The notes beneath the pieces are model-generated. The model was not told where the DNA came from and searched no databases. It saw nothing but the letters and a program-made list of their open reading frames with translations. A stretch of DNA of 64,000 nucleotides, from assembly GCA_012295275.1 (NCBI GenBank), contig CM022670.1:26536001-26600000 (forward strand), given 5' to 3'. This DNA is from Chrysomallon squamiferum. Taxonomy: Eukaryota > Animalia > Mollusca. Position 1 is the stretch's first letter; every line of letters begins with the position of its first letter. The position numbers and the translations under genes were made by a program. Shown here one piece after another: positions 27,357 through 40,100 of this stretch.

Positions 27357-29334
27357 TATAATTTTATTAGTTTTCCTTGATTGTACTAAGGATATTCTGA
27401 GAGTTGACTATTTAACATATTATACAAAGTTTTATGTACTTTGTTAAATTAAACAGTTATGAATAATGTGTGCGTTGTTTGTTCTTGTCTTTATTATGGG
27501 TGTTATATTATAATCCACTGCAAATGAAACCATGTTACTAAAGCAAGTGAGGTAGTTTAGACTGAAGCAGAATTTTATACATAATTGTAAAATACAATAG
27601 GATCGATAGCGAGTGTGCATAAAAATATACTGGATTAATTAGCGTTCACTGCAGAAAATAATTAGTAAATTCGTAGTATGACGGAAATATTTTTGTTATA
27701 TTTATGTTAAAATTGTTTACTTTAAAATAATTACAATTTACCTTCTTTAGTTTCATAATTCTATATTCATTTGATCATCACCGTTTTACACATTCCGATT
27801 TTTATTTATTTATTTGTGTTTTTATTTTTTATTTATATTTTTATATTTTTTATTTTTTTTTACTGCATCGCCAATATATTATTTAGAGTAAAACCAGGAA
27901 AGAAACCTTTGTTGTTGTTATACGATCTTACAAAGTTTACCTGTACAAACAATTACGGAATCGGCCGAAAAGTCACGAACGCACAAAATAAAAAGCCATT
28001 TCCCCAAATTGCAACAAAGCAATTTTAATCCCAAGAACTAAAGTAGAACTCTGCTGAATTATTTATTTGTTTGTTTGTCTATTAGGCAGCGCCTTCTGCC
28101 GGATAACTATTAAGAAAAAAAAAAAAAAAAAAAAAATTCGAAGATAAAAGTATTTCTGCATCACTGGAAACATGATGGAGAAAACAATAAAATGACACTA
28201 TGTTTAAGATGGTAACATGAAAAATAACGGAGTAATGACAATTTTTAATCCGAAAATAAAGGTAAATTTCCAATTTTTTTCAAGATTTGTTGAACAAATG
28301 CTGTGATTAAAGTCTTGAATTAGGTTTATTTTATTGTATTCGAAATATATCTTCAGTCTTTTAATGATAATCAAAGCACCTTCAAATCGTTACATAATCA
28401 TTACACCATGTTTCAAATACAAAGCCGACCTTTAAGGTTTCACTTATAATCAAGGACTCTTCAAACTGTTACATAATCTTTAAACCATGTTTCATTAAAA
28501 AAATATTGAAAACGAGAAAAAAAAAATATTTGGTCTTTTTAATTTTTATTTTATTTATTTTATTTATTTTTACTATTTATTTATTTATTTATTTATTTTT
28601 TTGTTAGGGTTGTATATTTAGCGTATTTTTAACTTTTCCAAAATTTATTTATTTATTTACTACTCGCTTTATTTTTTTTTTTAATTTATGTTATTATTAT
28701 TTTTGTTATTTATTTTTTTTATTTATTTATTTTTTTTTTTTTTTTACTAACCTTTTTTTTTAAATCTGTCAAATGCAAATTTTAACAGTGGCTTTTTGTG
28801 ATCAATTTATAGTATTAAAAAATTAAGAATAATAAATAACAGATACAGATAAACAAGCATATAAATAATAAACAAGCAAAATTAAATAATAATAACAACA
28901 CAACAACAAAAAGAAACCAGATAATAAGTATGAATAAGAAAATATTAAAAAGCATAATACTGTAACAATGACATCTCCTATTTAAACAGAAAAATTAATA
29001 TCTAACAAATAAAAAGAAATCATACAGAACAACAGTTTTATTAAGAATTATAAAAATTACAAATGGAATCAGCTGCATTTGGATAGGTCTAGACTACCTT
29101 GGTCACAAATATGTTTGACTTCTTCAACTTTTTAGTTTTTTCCTCTTTTCTTGTTTGTTTTGGATGTTGTTTAATTGTCATATTTTAAGCATACATAACA
29201 AAAAAGGTTAATTAGGAAGGTTGCATCTTTTTGGTGGTGTACAATAACTTTAATGAAAACCATCAAACAGTATGAATTATAATACTAAAATTGTTGATTT
29301 AGACTGTATTACTGATTGTGCGTTTGTTTAGCTG

Positions 29335-29370
<36 letters not shown>

Positions 29371-30305
29371 TGTATTTTGGTATCTCTGTAAAGTTTGCTG
29401 AATTCAAACCTGATGTAAGATTTGTTTTAGGAATTATTCACATAAATTTTAATAAAATAATAGAATTTGATTCCTTTTGAAATATTTAAAAAAAAGAAGA
29501 AGAAATATTTTACAAAGCTGTTCTCAGATATTTGTAAAATCAACAGAATTAATAAAATAAGTACATGATAAAAATTATATTTAATCCATTACACAATAAT
29601 AATAATAATAAAATAATTCATTTTTTTAAAGAGTGTACCTTGAAAATCTTCACTTTTTATTTTAAGTACTTAAATTAAATAACATTAGTATTCTCAAAAA
29701 AAAAAATACCCATAAAAGATCTATTGAAAATTTTTTCTTGAAATAATAGAGAAACATTTATTTTACAACATTAATCACAATATCAGAAGGGTTTTTTATT
29801 TTAACTTTCTTTATCACCTGCTTCTGAAATTATTTAACTAAAATAAAAAGTTATCAGTAAATTTATGATTCAAAAATATTAAATAACATATTAATATAGC
29901 TTCATATTAAGTAATAAATGAATATTGTTTCATATTAAGTGAACATTGTAAAGTAATATTTTAACATATATACATAAGGAAAACAAATACACAGATAATA
30001 ATGAATATTAAAGATATATCATTAATATATATATAATCCATCCAAAGGTTAATGCATTGTTATGGGTACAAATTTTCATTCAATTAAGTCTTTTCTTTTT
30101 ATTCTGTATGTCTCATTACAGTTGTTTCCTGGAATGTAAAAAACAAGTTCTAATACTGTTATATTAACATAACACTTGTTCATATTGTATTCTTAATAAC
30201 TATGTTATATAAATATGTGTGTGTGGCAGGGTGTATTGGTCTATGTTTTTGTGGTGCCTAGGTATGTGTTTTAATGCATGTGTTGGTGGGTAGGTCAGTG
30301 TGTAG

Positions 30306-30351
<46 letters not shown>

Positions 30352-30550
30352 ATACAGATGCATATATATTTTGCATAAATGAGTGTGTGTTTCTGTCTAT
30401 CAGTCTGTCTATGTGTGTGTGTTTTGATAATAGAAATTCGAATAACTTTCTATAAACTTCCTGTATGACTTTCTATTATGTATAAGAAAATAGAAAATAT
30501 CCTTAAGTGGTTTTCTAATAATTAAATTTTAGTAATGTTTTATGTAAAGT

Positions 30551-31086
30551 CTAATCTACATACGTTTCACAGAAAGGAGGTATAAATCCACCATAACAGT
30601 GACACCAGTCAGGACGCAGACACAGGCCACCATTCTGACATGGCTTTGAGCAAATTGCTGAAATAGTAAAAACAATTAGAAGTTGATAATGTCCATTAAA
30701 AAAACAACAAATGTAATGTGACTGACATGTGTGTGTATCTGTGTGGGTGTGTCTGTATCTGTGTGTGTGTGTGTGGGTGTAGGTGTGTGTGTGTGTGTGT
30801 GTGCGTGCATATTTTTGCATTTGAAATTCAAATCATTTCATAACCTTGAAAGCTTTGTTGAGATCAAGTTAAATTGCAAAAACTAAACATATTAATTAAA
30901 AGATCTCTATTAATAAACTTAGATAAATTATGCAAACACAAAACATTTAATCTGATTTTCCTATTCTATTCCTGAAAATTGGAAATATTTTTTCCGAGTT
31001 CTTTTAGAACTGAGAATTTAGTTTTCCTTTTGGGTAACACCCTTATTGATGATTTTCAAAAAAAAGTGATCTGAAACAAAGTTTAA

Positions 31087-31129
<43 letters not shown>

Positions 31130-34100
31130 TTCATCATCATCATTATTATTATTTTTATTATTATTATTATTTTAAATATAGGCAACTCACCTCTACCACA
31201 TCTCGGACCAGTATATCCAGGTCGACACTTACATTTGTAAGGTCCCTCACACAAACCTCCATTAAGACATGGAAGTATGCATATACCTGTAGATGACATA
31301 AATAAAACTGATTGGAAAAAACCCAAACAAGTAATGTTAGAATTGTGCTAAAAGTTGAAACTTAATTACACAAATTAATTTAATTATAATGTTAAAAAGT
31401 TACAAAAGATATATTTGAGACTAAATCATAGTTGTATCAAAGTATAATTAGAAAGCTGTTAAAAAATACTTATTAATATTAAGTATGTATGAAAAAAAAA
31501 ATTATCTGAAATAATATTAGCAAATTAATCCTGAATTTTGTTGAATTGATTGAATGAAAATTTATTTTATTGAACATAACATTTTAATGAAAGGATCAGG
31601 CTGATTTATAGAACCATTTCCAATAACATATTACAAAAAAGTGTATTTACATTATATTTTAAAAGCCAAAGGTAATAATCAGAAGAAAAAAGATTTAAAT
31701 TAAAATAACTTTTTTTTTTTAAATTACCATGATTAGATTTGAGTAATAGACATCTAAAAGAACAAATTATAAGATATCATGCAATTTCATTTCTTTATAA
31801 AATATCTTCAGTCAGAAAAACAAACCTATTTCACATCTCTTTCCTCCATATCCAGATGGACATTTGCATCTGTTTAGACCCAGACATATACCTCCATTTA
31901 AACATGGCTGTCTGCAGTGGACTGAAATTTTTTAATTTTCTGTTAAATGCTTTTGCACCAATATACAATGAAATAATAATTTTCAACAAATTTCTGAAGC
32001 AATAAAAACATAATGAAATATTTTTCAACAAAATTCTGATGCAGCACAAATACAGTAAAATAATAATTTACAGCAAAATTCTAATTATTTGAATTAACAG
32101 TTTATCAGTAAATGAAGTCTTTCAAATTTTGGGATGTATTATAATTATAAACTATAACTAGAAACTGTTATTGTTTTAAAAAAAATGATTTTGAAAGTCT
32201 TTTATAGACTTTTTCTTATGAAACTGTCCATTTAGCAATATATAATTCAGACATTAGGTAAATATTATTTGAGGTTTGAACTGATTTCATTATTACTCAC
32301 TTCAAAAACATATAATACAAGAACAGTTCATGTATTTTGTAATGCATAAAGGTTGTCTTAGTAGTAATATGTTTGTGTAGATGTATGTGTATGTTTAATG
32401 TATTTTGTGTTTATCATACTAAAATGTTTACTCGGAATCATCTGTTCTCAATTAAGCTGTCCAAACTAAAAAAATATTAGTATTTGAAGAATATTACAGC
32501 AAACTTTTTCATTATTAAATACCAATACAGTAGATGCTGTGATAGAAAGGAAATTTAAAAATTAATAAAAAAAATAATTTTTTACTTTTTTAAATTTTTA
32601 TTTCAATTCACCTGCACATGCAGCTTCTCCTTCCCATTCACCATTTGCCTTGCAGATCAGCTGAGGTGGATCATGTAATGGAGACATGCCTGGTCGACAC
32701 ATGTACATGATACGGTCACCATAGTAAAATGAGCGTCCAATCAACATAATGTTGACCATGTCTCTGACCATAGGTTTGCCACAAAAAACCTCTGAAACAG
32801 ACAAAGTTAAAACAAGAAAACTTATCAAACTACAGATAAAATACTCTACAGCCAAACATATTATTATTACACCAAAAAAATAATTGTAATGTTATTTAAT
32901 TTTTACATGTCTTTGAATATTGTTTCCTTTTTCATGTTATCTCTGTACAAGAAACATATAACTGATATCTTAAAATCATTAAAATTAAAATCCTTAGAGG
33001 TGTCTTTAAATTTTTAATAATCATATATCTGAACATAATAAAATTATGCAGGTATTACTTGAATATAATGCTTTATGTTACATTTACAATTTCTTGAATC
33101 ATTTTTCATTACCAAAAATGATTTTGCAATTTTGTATTTACAATTTTTTTTTAATTAACAATATAGCATAAACATATTTGATTACTTTATAATTATATTA
33201 CTTCAGTAATTTTGTGATATATATTTGTCAAATCTGATCATTACTTTTACAATATCCTCTGGGAACTGTCCATGTTCCATCATCTTGACAAACTGAGGTC
33301 ATTTCTCCCTGTGGTCTGTAGCCTGTTTCACACTGAATCTCATAAACATCACCTCGCAGGAAACCTGCAGGGATTTTCTCGGAATTGGCAATTTCCACAT
33401 GCTGTGCACAGAAATCAGCAACTCCTGAAAATCAGTAAATTATGTACTAATGTAGGAAAGATGCAAACATAAAAATTCCTCCTATTCCAAAATCTGTCAT
33501 AATCACTGAAACATACCTGAATAAAAAGGAAGTAAAATGGTTTGTTCATAAATAATTACACTGTTTTCATCTTTTCAAAAAATTGTTATGTTTATCATTT
33601 TATTTTTTATTTTGTTTATGTTACTGTGCTGGTTTGTTTCACCATTATAAAATTATTTTTAAATATAGTTTATAATATATGTCTTAAATTATACTTTTAA
33701 AAATTAACACCATTTTATACTAAAGAATTTATGCCATGAATAACTTATAATTAAATAAACAACAACATCATAATGTCTTTACCATCTAATTTATGTAATA
33801 AAAATTGAACAGTTAAAACTTTAAATTATGAAACTGAAACTTGCGTCTGCATGATCCACTTGGCTTTGTCCATGACCCTCCTTCAAGACAGTAAGTAGTC
33901 ATATTTCCTTCTGGTTCATAACCTTGATCACATATGACATCAGTGCTGTCACCAACATGAAATCCAGATGGTATCGGCTTTGAATGGGGTGTGTCAACAG
34001 CAAGATCACAGAAACTTTGGAGATCTGTGGAGAAAAATAATCAGCATTGTCTCAAAAAAAAAAAAATAATAATAGTAATTCCAAAACATAAGTAAGACTA

Positions 34101-37100
34101 CAGTGACTGCACAAATTGTATGTAGACATTTTGAGAAAAAATGATGTCAGTTCTCTAGTTAAAATATAAAATATAAAAATATTTTACTCAGATACATTTT
34201 TCCTGGACAATAACAATTAAAAGTGGCTGATAAACTGAAAGTAATTGAATTAATTTACATGTACAACAATACAGTTAACAAAAATATAAGTAGCACAATT
34301 AAAGTATCCCCCTTCTAACCAGTAACATGTCTGATTTATTAGTCTGCAATAAGAACTTTGTCTGTATGACTTCTTTATAAAAGACTGCTTGCTGCTAATC
34401 ATTATCAGTAGCCCATGGAGTAGCAGCAGGAAATTTTCTTGTTATTACAGAATCATACTTAAATATATTCTTTTCACTAACTAATCATTAATATTAAATA
34501 TGTTGAAATATAACTTTATAATCATGAAGGCATTGGCCATAATACAAACTGTCTCCAGTGAATAATACATTGATGGGTCAATAAAAAAACCAACAAAAAA
34601 AACCCCAATAATAATGTTAGAGAATAAATGATATACAAAAAAATATAGTCAGTACCTATGATACATTTTGTAAAGGATGCATTCCACGAGCCAGATTCTA
34701 AACATGTGACACTGCTGTGACCTTCCAAGATAAAACCTTCATCACAGGTAATAGTTACTGTGTCTGTGTAGTGTGTTTCAGAAAGTGGATTTCCATGGAT
34801 TACAATGGCATTCTGTGGAATGGAAATAGGACCACAAGACACACCTAAAAAACAAAATTAAAAATTAAAGTTTGAATAACATGTATCATGGATGGAGCTA
34901 AAATCTCAGACAAGGGGAGTAAATTCATGGTGACATGTTTTGGATCAATTTAAATCATCAATTTTAAATAGTAAAATAGGTATAAAGGAATAAAATTATT
35001 CAGATGGATTTACCAAAACTACTTTCTGTTCTATAATTATAATTGGTCAAGGAATTTTTTTAATCTATTCTTTTATTATTTTTATTTTTTTCATTTCAAT
35101 TTTTTTGTTTTTGCTTCACACATTTGTTTCATAAATAATTATGTTGACACTGCCTTGCAAACTGATCACTTATAAAATCTCAGTTTTTTAGTAATAAAAT
35201 ATAACTAGAAATAAATGAAAGATGAAATACTTACGTTGACATATAGGACCACTGTCACTCCAAGTCTTATCAGCTTGACAAAATAAGATAGGCTGACCCA
35301 TGAGGTAATGGCCAGCAGGACAGGAATATGTCACACTGCCACCAAAGCTAAAATCTAACCCTGTAAATGAAGCTGTTGCAGGAGGAGGTCCACAGTTAAC
35401 TCTTTGACATGTTGGACCTGGTCCACTCCACAGTCCATTTTCCTGACACATCAATTCAGCATTGCCTTGAAGCTTATGTCCAAGAGGACAGGAATAAGAT
35501 ACAGTTTTTCCATATGTAAAATCCTGACCTTCAAATGAAGCTGTATCAGGTGGAGGGCCACAGTCAATTTTCAGACATTCTGGAAGACTTGAACTCCACT
35601 GTCCATCATGAAGACATGTTGTTTCTTCAGTTCCATTTAGTTTAAAACCCTCAGGACATTCAAATCTAATAGTACTGCCATAAGTAAAGTCTTTTCCAAT
35701 AAAAGGAATTGTAGAAGCTGGTTCTCCACAATTTATTTTCCTGCAGTACTGACTGCCATCACTGCTCCATCTTCCATCACTTCCACATACAATAATAGCT
35801 TCTCCTATCAGCTCAAAACCAAGAGCACACACATACTGAATAGTATGGCCATAATAAAAATTGTCCCCAGTGAATGAAACATTAGCTGGTGGCTGACCAC
35901 AGGATATTATTTCACAAAAAGAATTCTGCACTGACCAGGTACCATCTTCTTGACAAGTTGCAGTTTCTTCACCAACTAATCTGAACCCTTCTTCACAGTA
36001 ATATTTAACTGTGCTGCCATAAGTGAAATTGGAACCAGTGAAAGGTGCAAGAGCATTAGGTCTTCCACATGATATCTTATGACATTCTGGTGGAGGGTTA
36101 CTCCATAAACCTGTTGCCTCACATACTGTTACAGCATCACCTGTCATTCTAAAGCCTACTGGACATTCATATTGAAGAGTGGCTCCATAACTGAAGTCTG
36201 AACCAATGAAAGACACAGAGCTCTGTGGATTCCCACAATTAATAATTCTGCAGATTGGTTGACCTCCACTCCATCTAGCAGATTCATCACACCGAATCTC
36301 TTCAGGACCCCAAAGTTCATATCCTACATTACAAGAAACTCTAGCAACAGCTTCAAATGATGTATTGTAAAAGTCTAAGCTGCCATTTTCTACTTCAGGT
36401 GGAAGTCCACAGTCAACTGGCAAACATTCTGTTGATACATCATTTGTCCATTTACCCAGCTCACATATAGCTCGATTTTCTCCTGTCAGTGTATACCCAG
36501 GATTACAAAAAAAAGTGGCAATTTTATTAAACCCTGAAGAAGTAACAGTTACTGTTGCATGGTAAACCATAGGAGGTTCAGGACATTCCAGCTGTATACA
36601 CTCAGGTAACTGTCCTAACCAGGTGCCATTAGGACCACACACAAGAACATTATTACCAACAAGTTCTAATCCATGGTCACAGACATAGTAAACAGAATCT
36701 CTGAATGAGTAGCTGGTTCCTATGATGCCAGCATTGTTAACATGTGGTGGTGGACCACAGAGAACTGGGTTACAAGTAGGTGGTGGATTTGACCAACGTC
36801 CAACATAATCACATTCACTTTCAAGAGATCCTGATGCAGTGTAGCCTTCAAAACAAAAATACTTAATTCTGTCTCCATAACTATAATCGTACAATTCTTT
36901 TTCAGCCTGTGTGCCATTCTCTCTGTTGATTGCAAAAAAGTCTCCATTGTCAAAAAATGGTGGCTGTTCACAAGGTCTTGGCAAGCAAACTGGTGGTGCA
37001 GAATTCCAGGTCCCATCATCTTGACACTGGAGTGTTTCATCACCAAATAATTCATAGCCACGTGCACAAGAAAACCTCAGAATTGATTTGTATGTATAGA

Positions 37101-40100
37101 CATTACCTGTCACATCACCATTTTCTTGGAATGTAAGTGGTGGACAGGAGACAACAAGACAATTTGGAATTACTCCTGACCAAGTTCTGTCAGGTAAACA
37201 TTGTGATGTTGTAGAACCACGTAGCTGGTATCCCACATCACATTCATAAACCACCTCTGTTCCAACAGCCAGGTTACCACTATTCAGAGCACTGAATTTT
37301 CCATTAGCAATAGTTGGTGGAGGATTACAGAACAGTTGTTTACATGTAGGTATGGATTCTGACCAAGTCCTGTCTGCAAGACATTTTTTTGTAGAAGGAC
37401 CCACCAACTCAAAGCCTGTGTTACATATGTAGGTAATAGTGTCTTCATATAGATGTGACTCTCCAATGACTGTGCCATTTGGAAGAGTTGGTGGTGGTCC
37501 ACATTCAATTCTATTACATGTGGGATCATTATCTGTCCATGTCCTGTCTGCTTGACAAGTCCTTGCACTTGGACCTTTCAACTCATAACCTTCAAGGCAG
37601 GAGTAGCGAATGATATGTCCAAAAGTTATATCATCGCCATGAACAGTTCCATGGTTGACTGGTGATGGATCAGGACACTGAATGGGCATGCAGTGAGGAG
37701 CAGGAGAATCCCAGACTCCAGTTTTAAGACATCTCCTCTTGGAATTTCCTATTAGGTCATAACCTTCATCACATGAATACCTAATTATTTCATCATCACC
37801 TGTGATAGAACCATGAAGAATAAATTCTGCTGGAGGACAGACAATTTTAATGCAGGTTGGTGTTACACTGCTCCAATTGCCAGTTGATAAGCACCTTAGT
37901 CTTTCATTACCAAGCATATTGTAACCTTCTTTACATTCATAAACTGCTTCACTGCTGTATTCATACTTTCTCAATGGGAAAAGCAGTCGTCCATTTTGAA
38001 TGTTTGTTGCTGGATCAGGGCATGAAACTATTTGACAAATTGGTTTTTGACCACTCCATGTTGCATCTGCTTTACATTTTCTTGTGGCTTCACCTAAAAG
38101 GTGAAAGCCCTCATCACAAGTATAAATGACACTACTGCCATATGTATAGTTAGTTGAGCTTATAGAGCCATGTTGCACTATCTCCAGTGAAGGACAAGAA
38201 ACAATATTACACACTGGAAAATGGGAATCCCATAATCCATCTGGTCCGCAATGACTAACAGGCTCTCCAATCATTTCGTATCCTTCATCACAATGAAAAT
38301 TAAGCTGGTCACCAAAATTAAAACCACCCTGAAATGTTCCATGATCAAATGTTTCAATTTCAGGACAGGACACAATTTCACACATGAATGATGTTTTAGT
38401 CCATGTTCCATCTTTCTGGCATGATATTGATTTATCACCTACTGCTCTGTATCCTGGGATACATTCTAACAGAACAGTGGAACCATAAGTTACGCCTTCA
38501 AGCATGTTCATTTGGCCATTAGGAATTTCATTTGGAGTTCCACATGAGACAGGATCACAGCTAGGAACAGCTGATGACCATGCCTTGTAAGATTCACAGA
38601 TAGCTTCCTGGGTTCCAACAAGTTCATAACCTTCTTCACATTCATATGTAATGATGTCCCCAAACCTGAAGCTGGTACCAATAATTCGTCCATGTTCAGG
38701 TGCAGCTGGTTCTGGACATTCAATTTTAATGCAGGAAGGAATTGATCCAGACCATGACAAAGTTGGTAAGCACATTCTTTGTGCAGAACCTGTAATTTCA
38801 TATCCTTCATCACAGTGATATTCAATAAACCTTCCTAATCCATAACTGTTGCCAGTTATTCTTCCATTTGCAATAGGTTGTGGAGTGGGACATGTTTTCA
38901 TGATACACCTAGGTGCAGTTCCAGACCATTCACCAGTTACTAAACAAGTTCTGGTCATATTGCCTTGCAGTACATAACCAGCATCACAGGAATACTTTAC
39001 AGTGCCTAGATAAGTGTTTGATAGTTCAATTGTTCTGCCGTTTGGTATGTTAATTAGAGGAGGGCAATCTATAAGCTGACATCTTGGATTAGTTGGGTAC
39101 CATAAACCATTATCTTCACAAATCCTGATGGATTCACCAATCAGACGATATCCAGTTTTGCAGGAGTAGGTTAACTGTGAGCCAAATGTGTATACACTCC
39201 CATCGATGACTCCATTGGGAAATGCACCAGGTATACCACAAGACAAAATTTCACAGTAAGGATCGGCACCAGTCCAGGTAGAATTTGAAGTACATGTTCT
39301 CTGACTATCACCTACAAGGTTGTAACCATCATTACACTGGTATATAGCATGAGAATTTAAAGTTACCCCTGATACTGATATTACTCCATTAGGCAATGTT
39401 TTTGTTGACAGATCTGGACATGTAATTTGCATACATTCAGGATTTTCATGACTCCATGTTCCATTAACTTGACATGTTCTCTCACTGACACCGATAAGTT
39501 TATATCCATGATGACATACATATGATGCTGTTAAACCATTTCTGGATACTTTTATTCTGCCACCTTCTAGAAATGGTGGGGCAGGACATACAATTTTCTT
39601 ACAAATTGGTGCAGTTCCATTCCATTTACCACTAGCTAAACATATTCGATGTGAGGATCCTTGTAGATAAAACCCAGTTTTGCAAGAAAATGTTACAACT
39701 GAATTATATTCCCTCTTGAAGCTAGAAACAAAGCCATTGAGAATGTATGCTCTTGGACATTCTACTGCTTCACAAACTGGAATTGGCATATCCCATTTAG
39801 CATTTGCTTGACAAAAACGTGTTTCTGACCCCTCAAGTCTGTAGCCCTCATCACAAGAATAACTTATTGTTGATCCAAAAGTAAAACTGGTTCCATTCAT
39901 TCTTCCATTTGAAATTATGTCACTGGGCTTGTTACATTCAACAGGGATTGCATACAGGAGGAGACTGTGACCAGGTTTTAGATGAAGTACATGTTGTGAG
40001 ATTTTCCCCATCTATTTTATAACCTTCATCACAAAAATATCTAACAACTGTTTTGAATATATTTTCTGTGCTGTTAATTCCACCATTGTCTGGTGGCTCA

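Noticed and set aside
36720-38825. Alternative-frame and antisense ORFs overlapping SVEP1 and AQR exons
   Set aside because: They are shadow ORFs of real coding sequence with no domain-like content.
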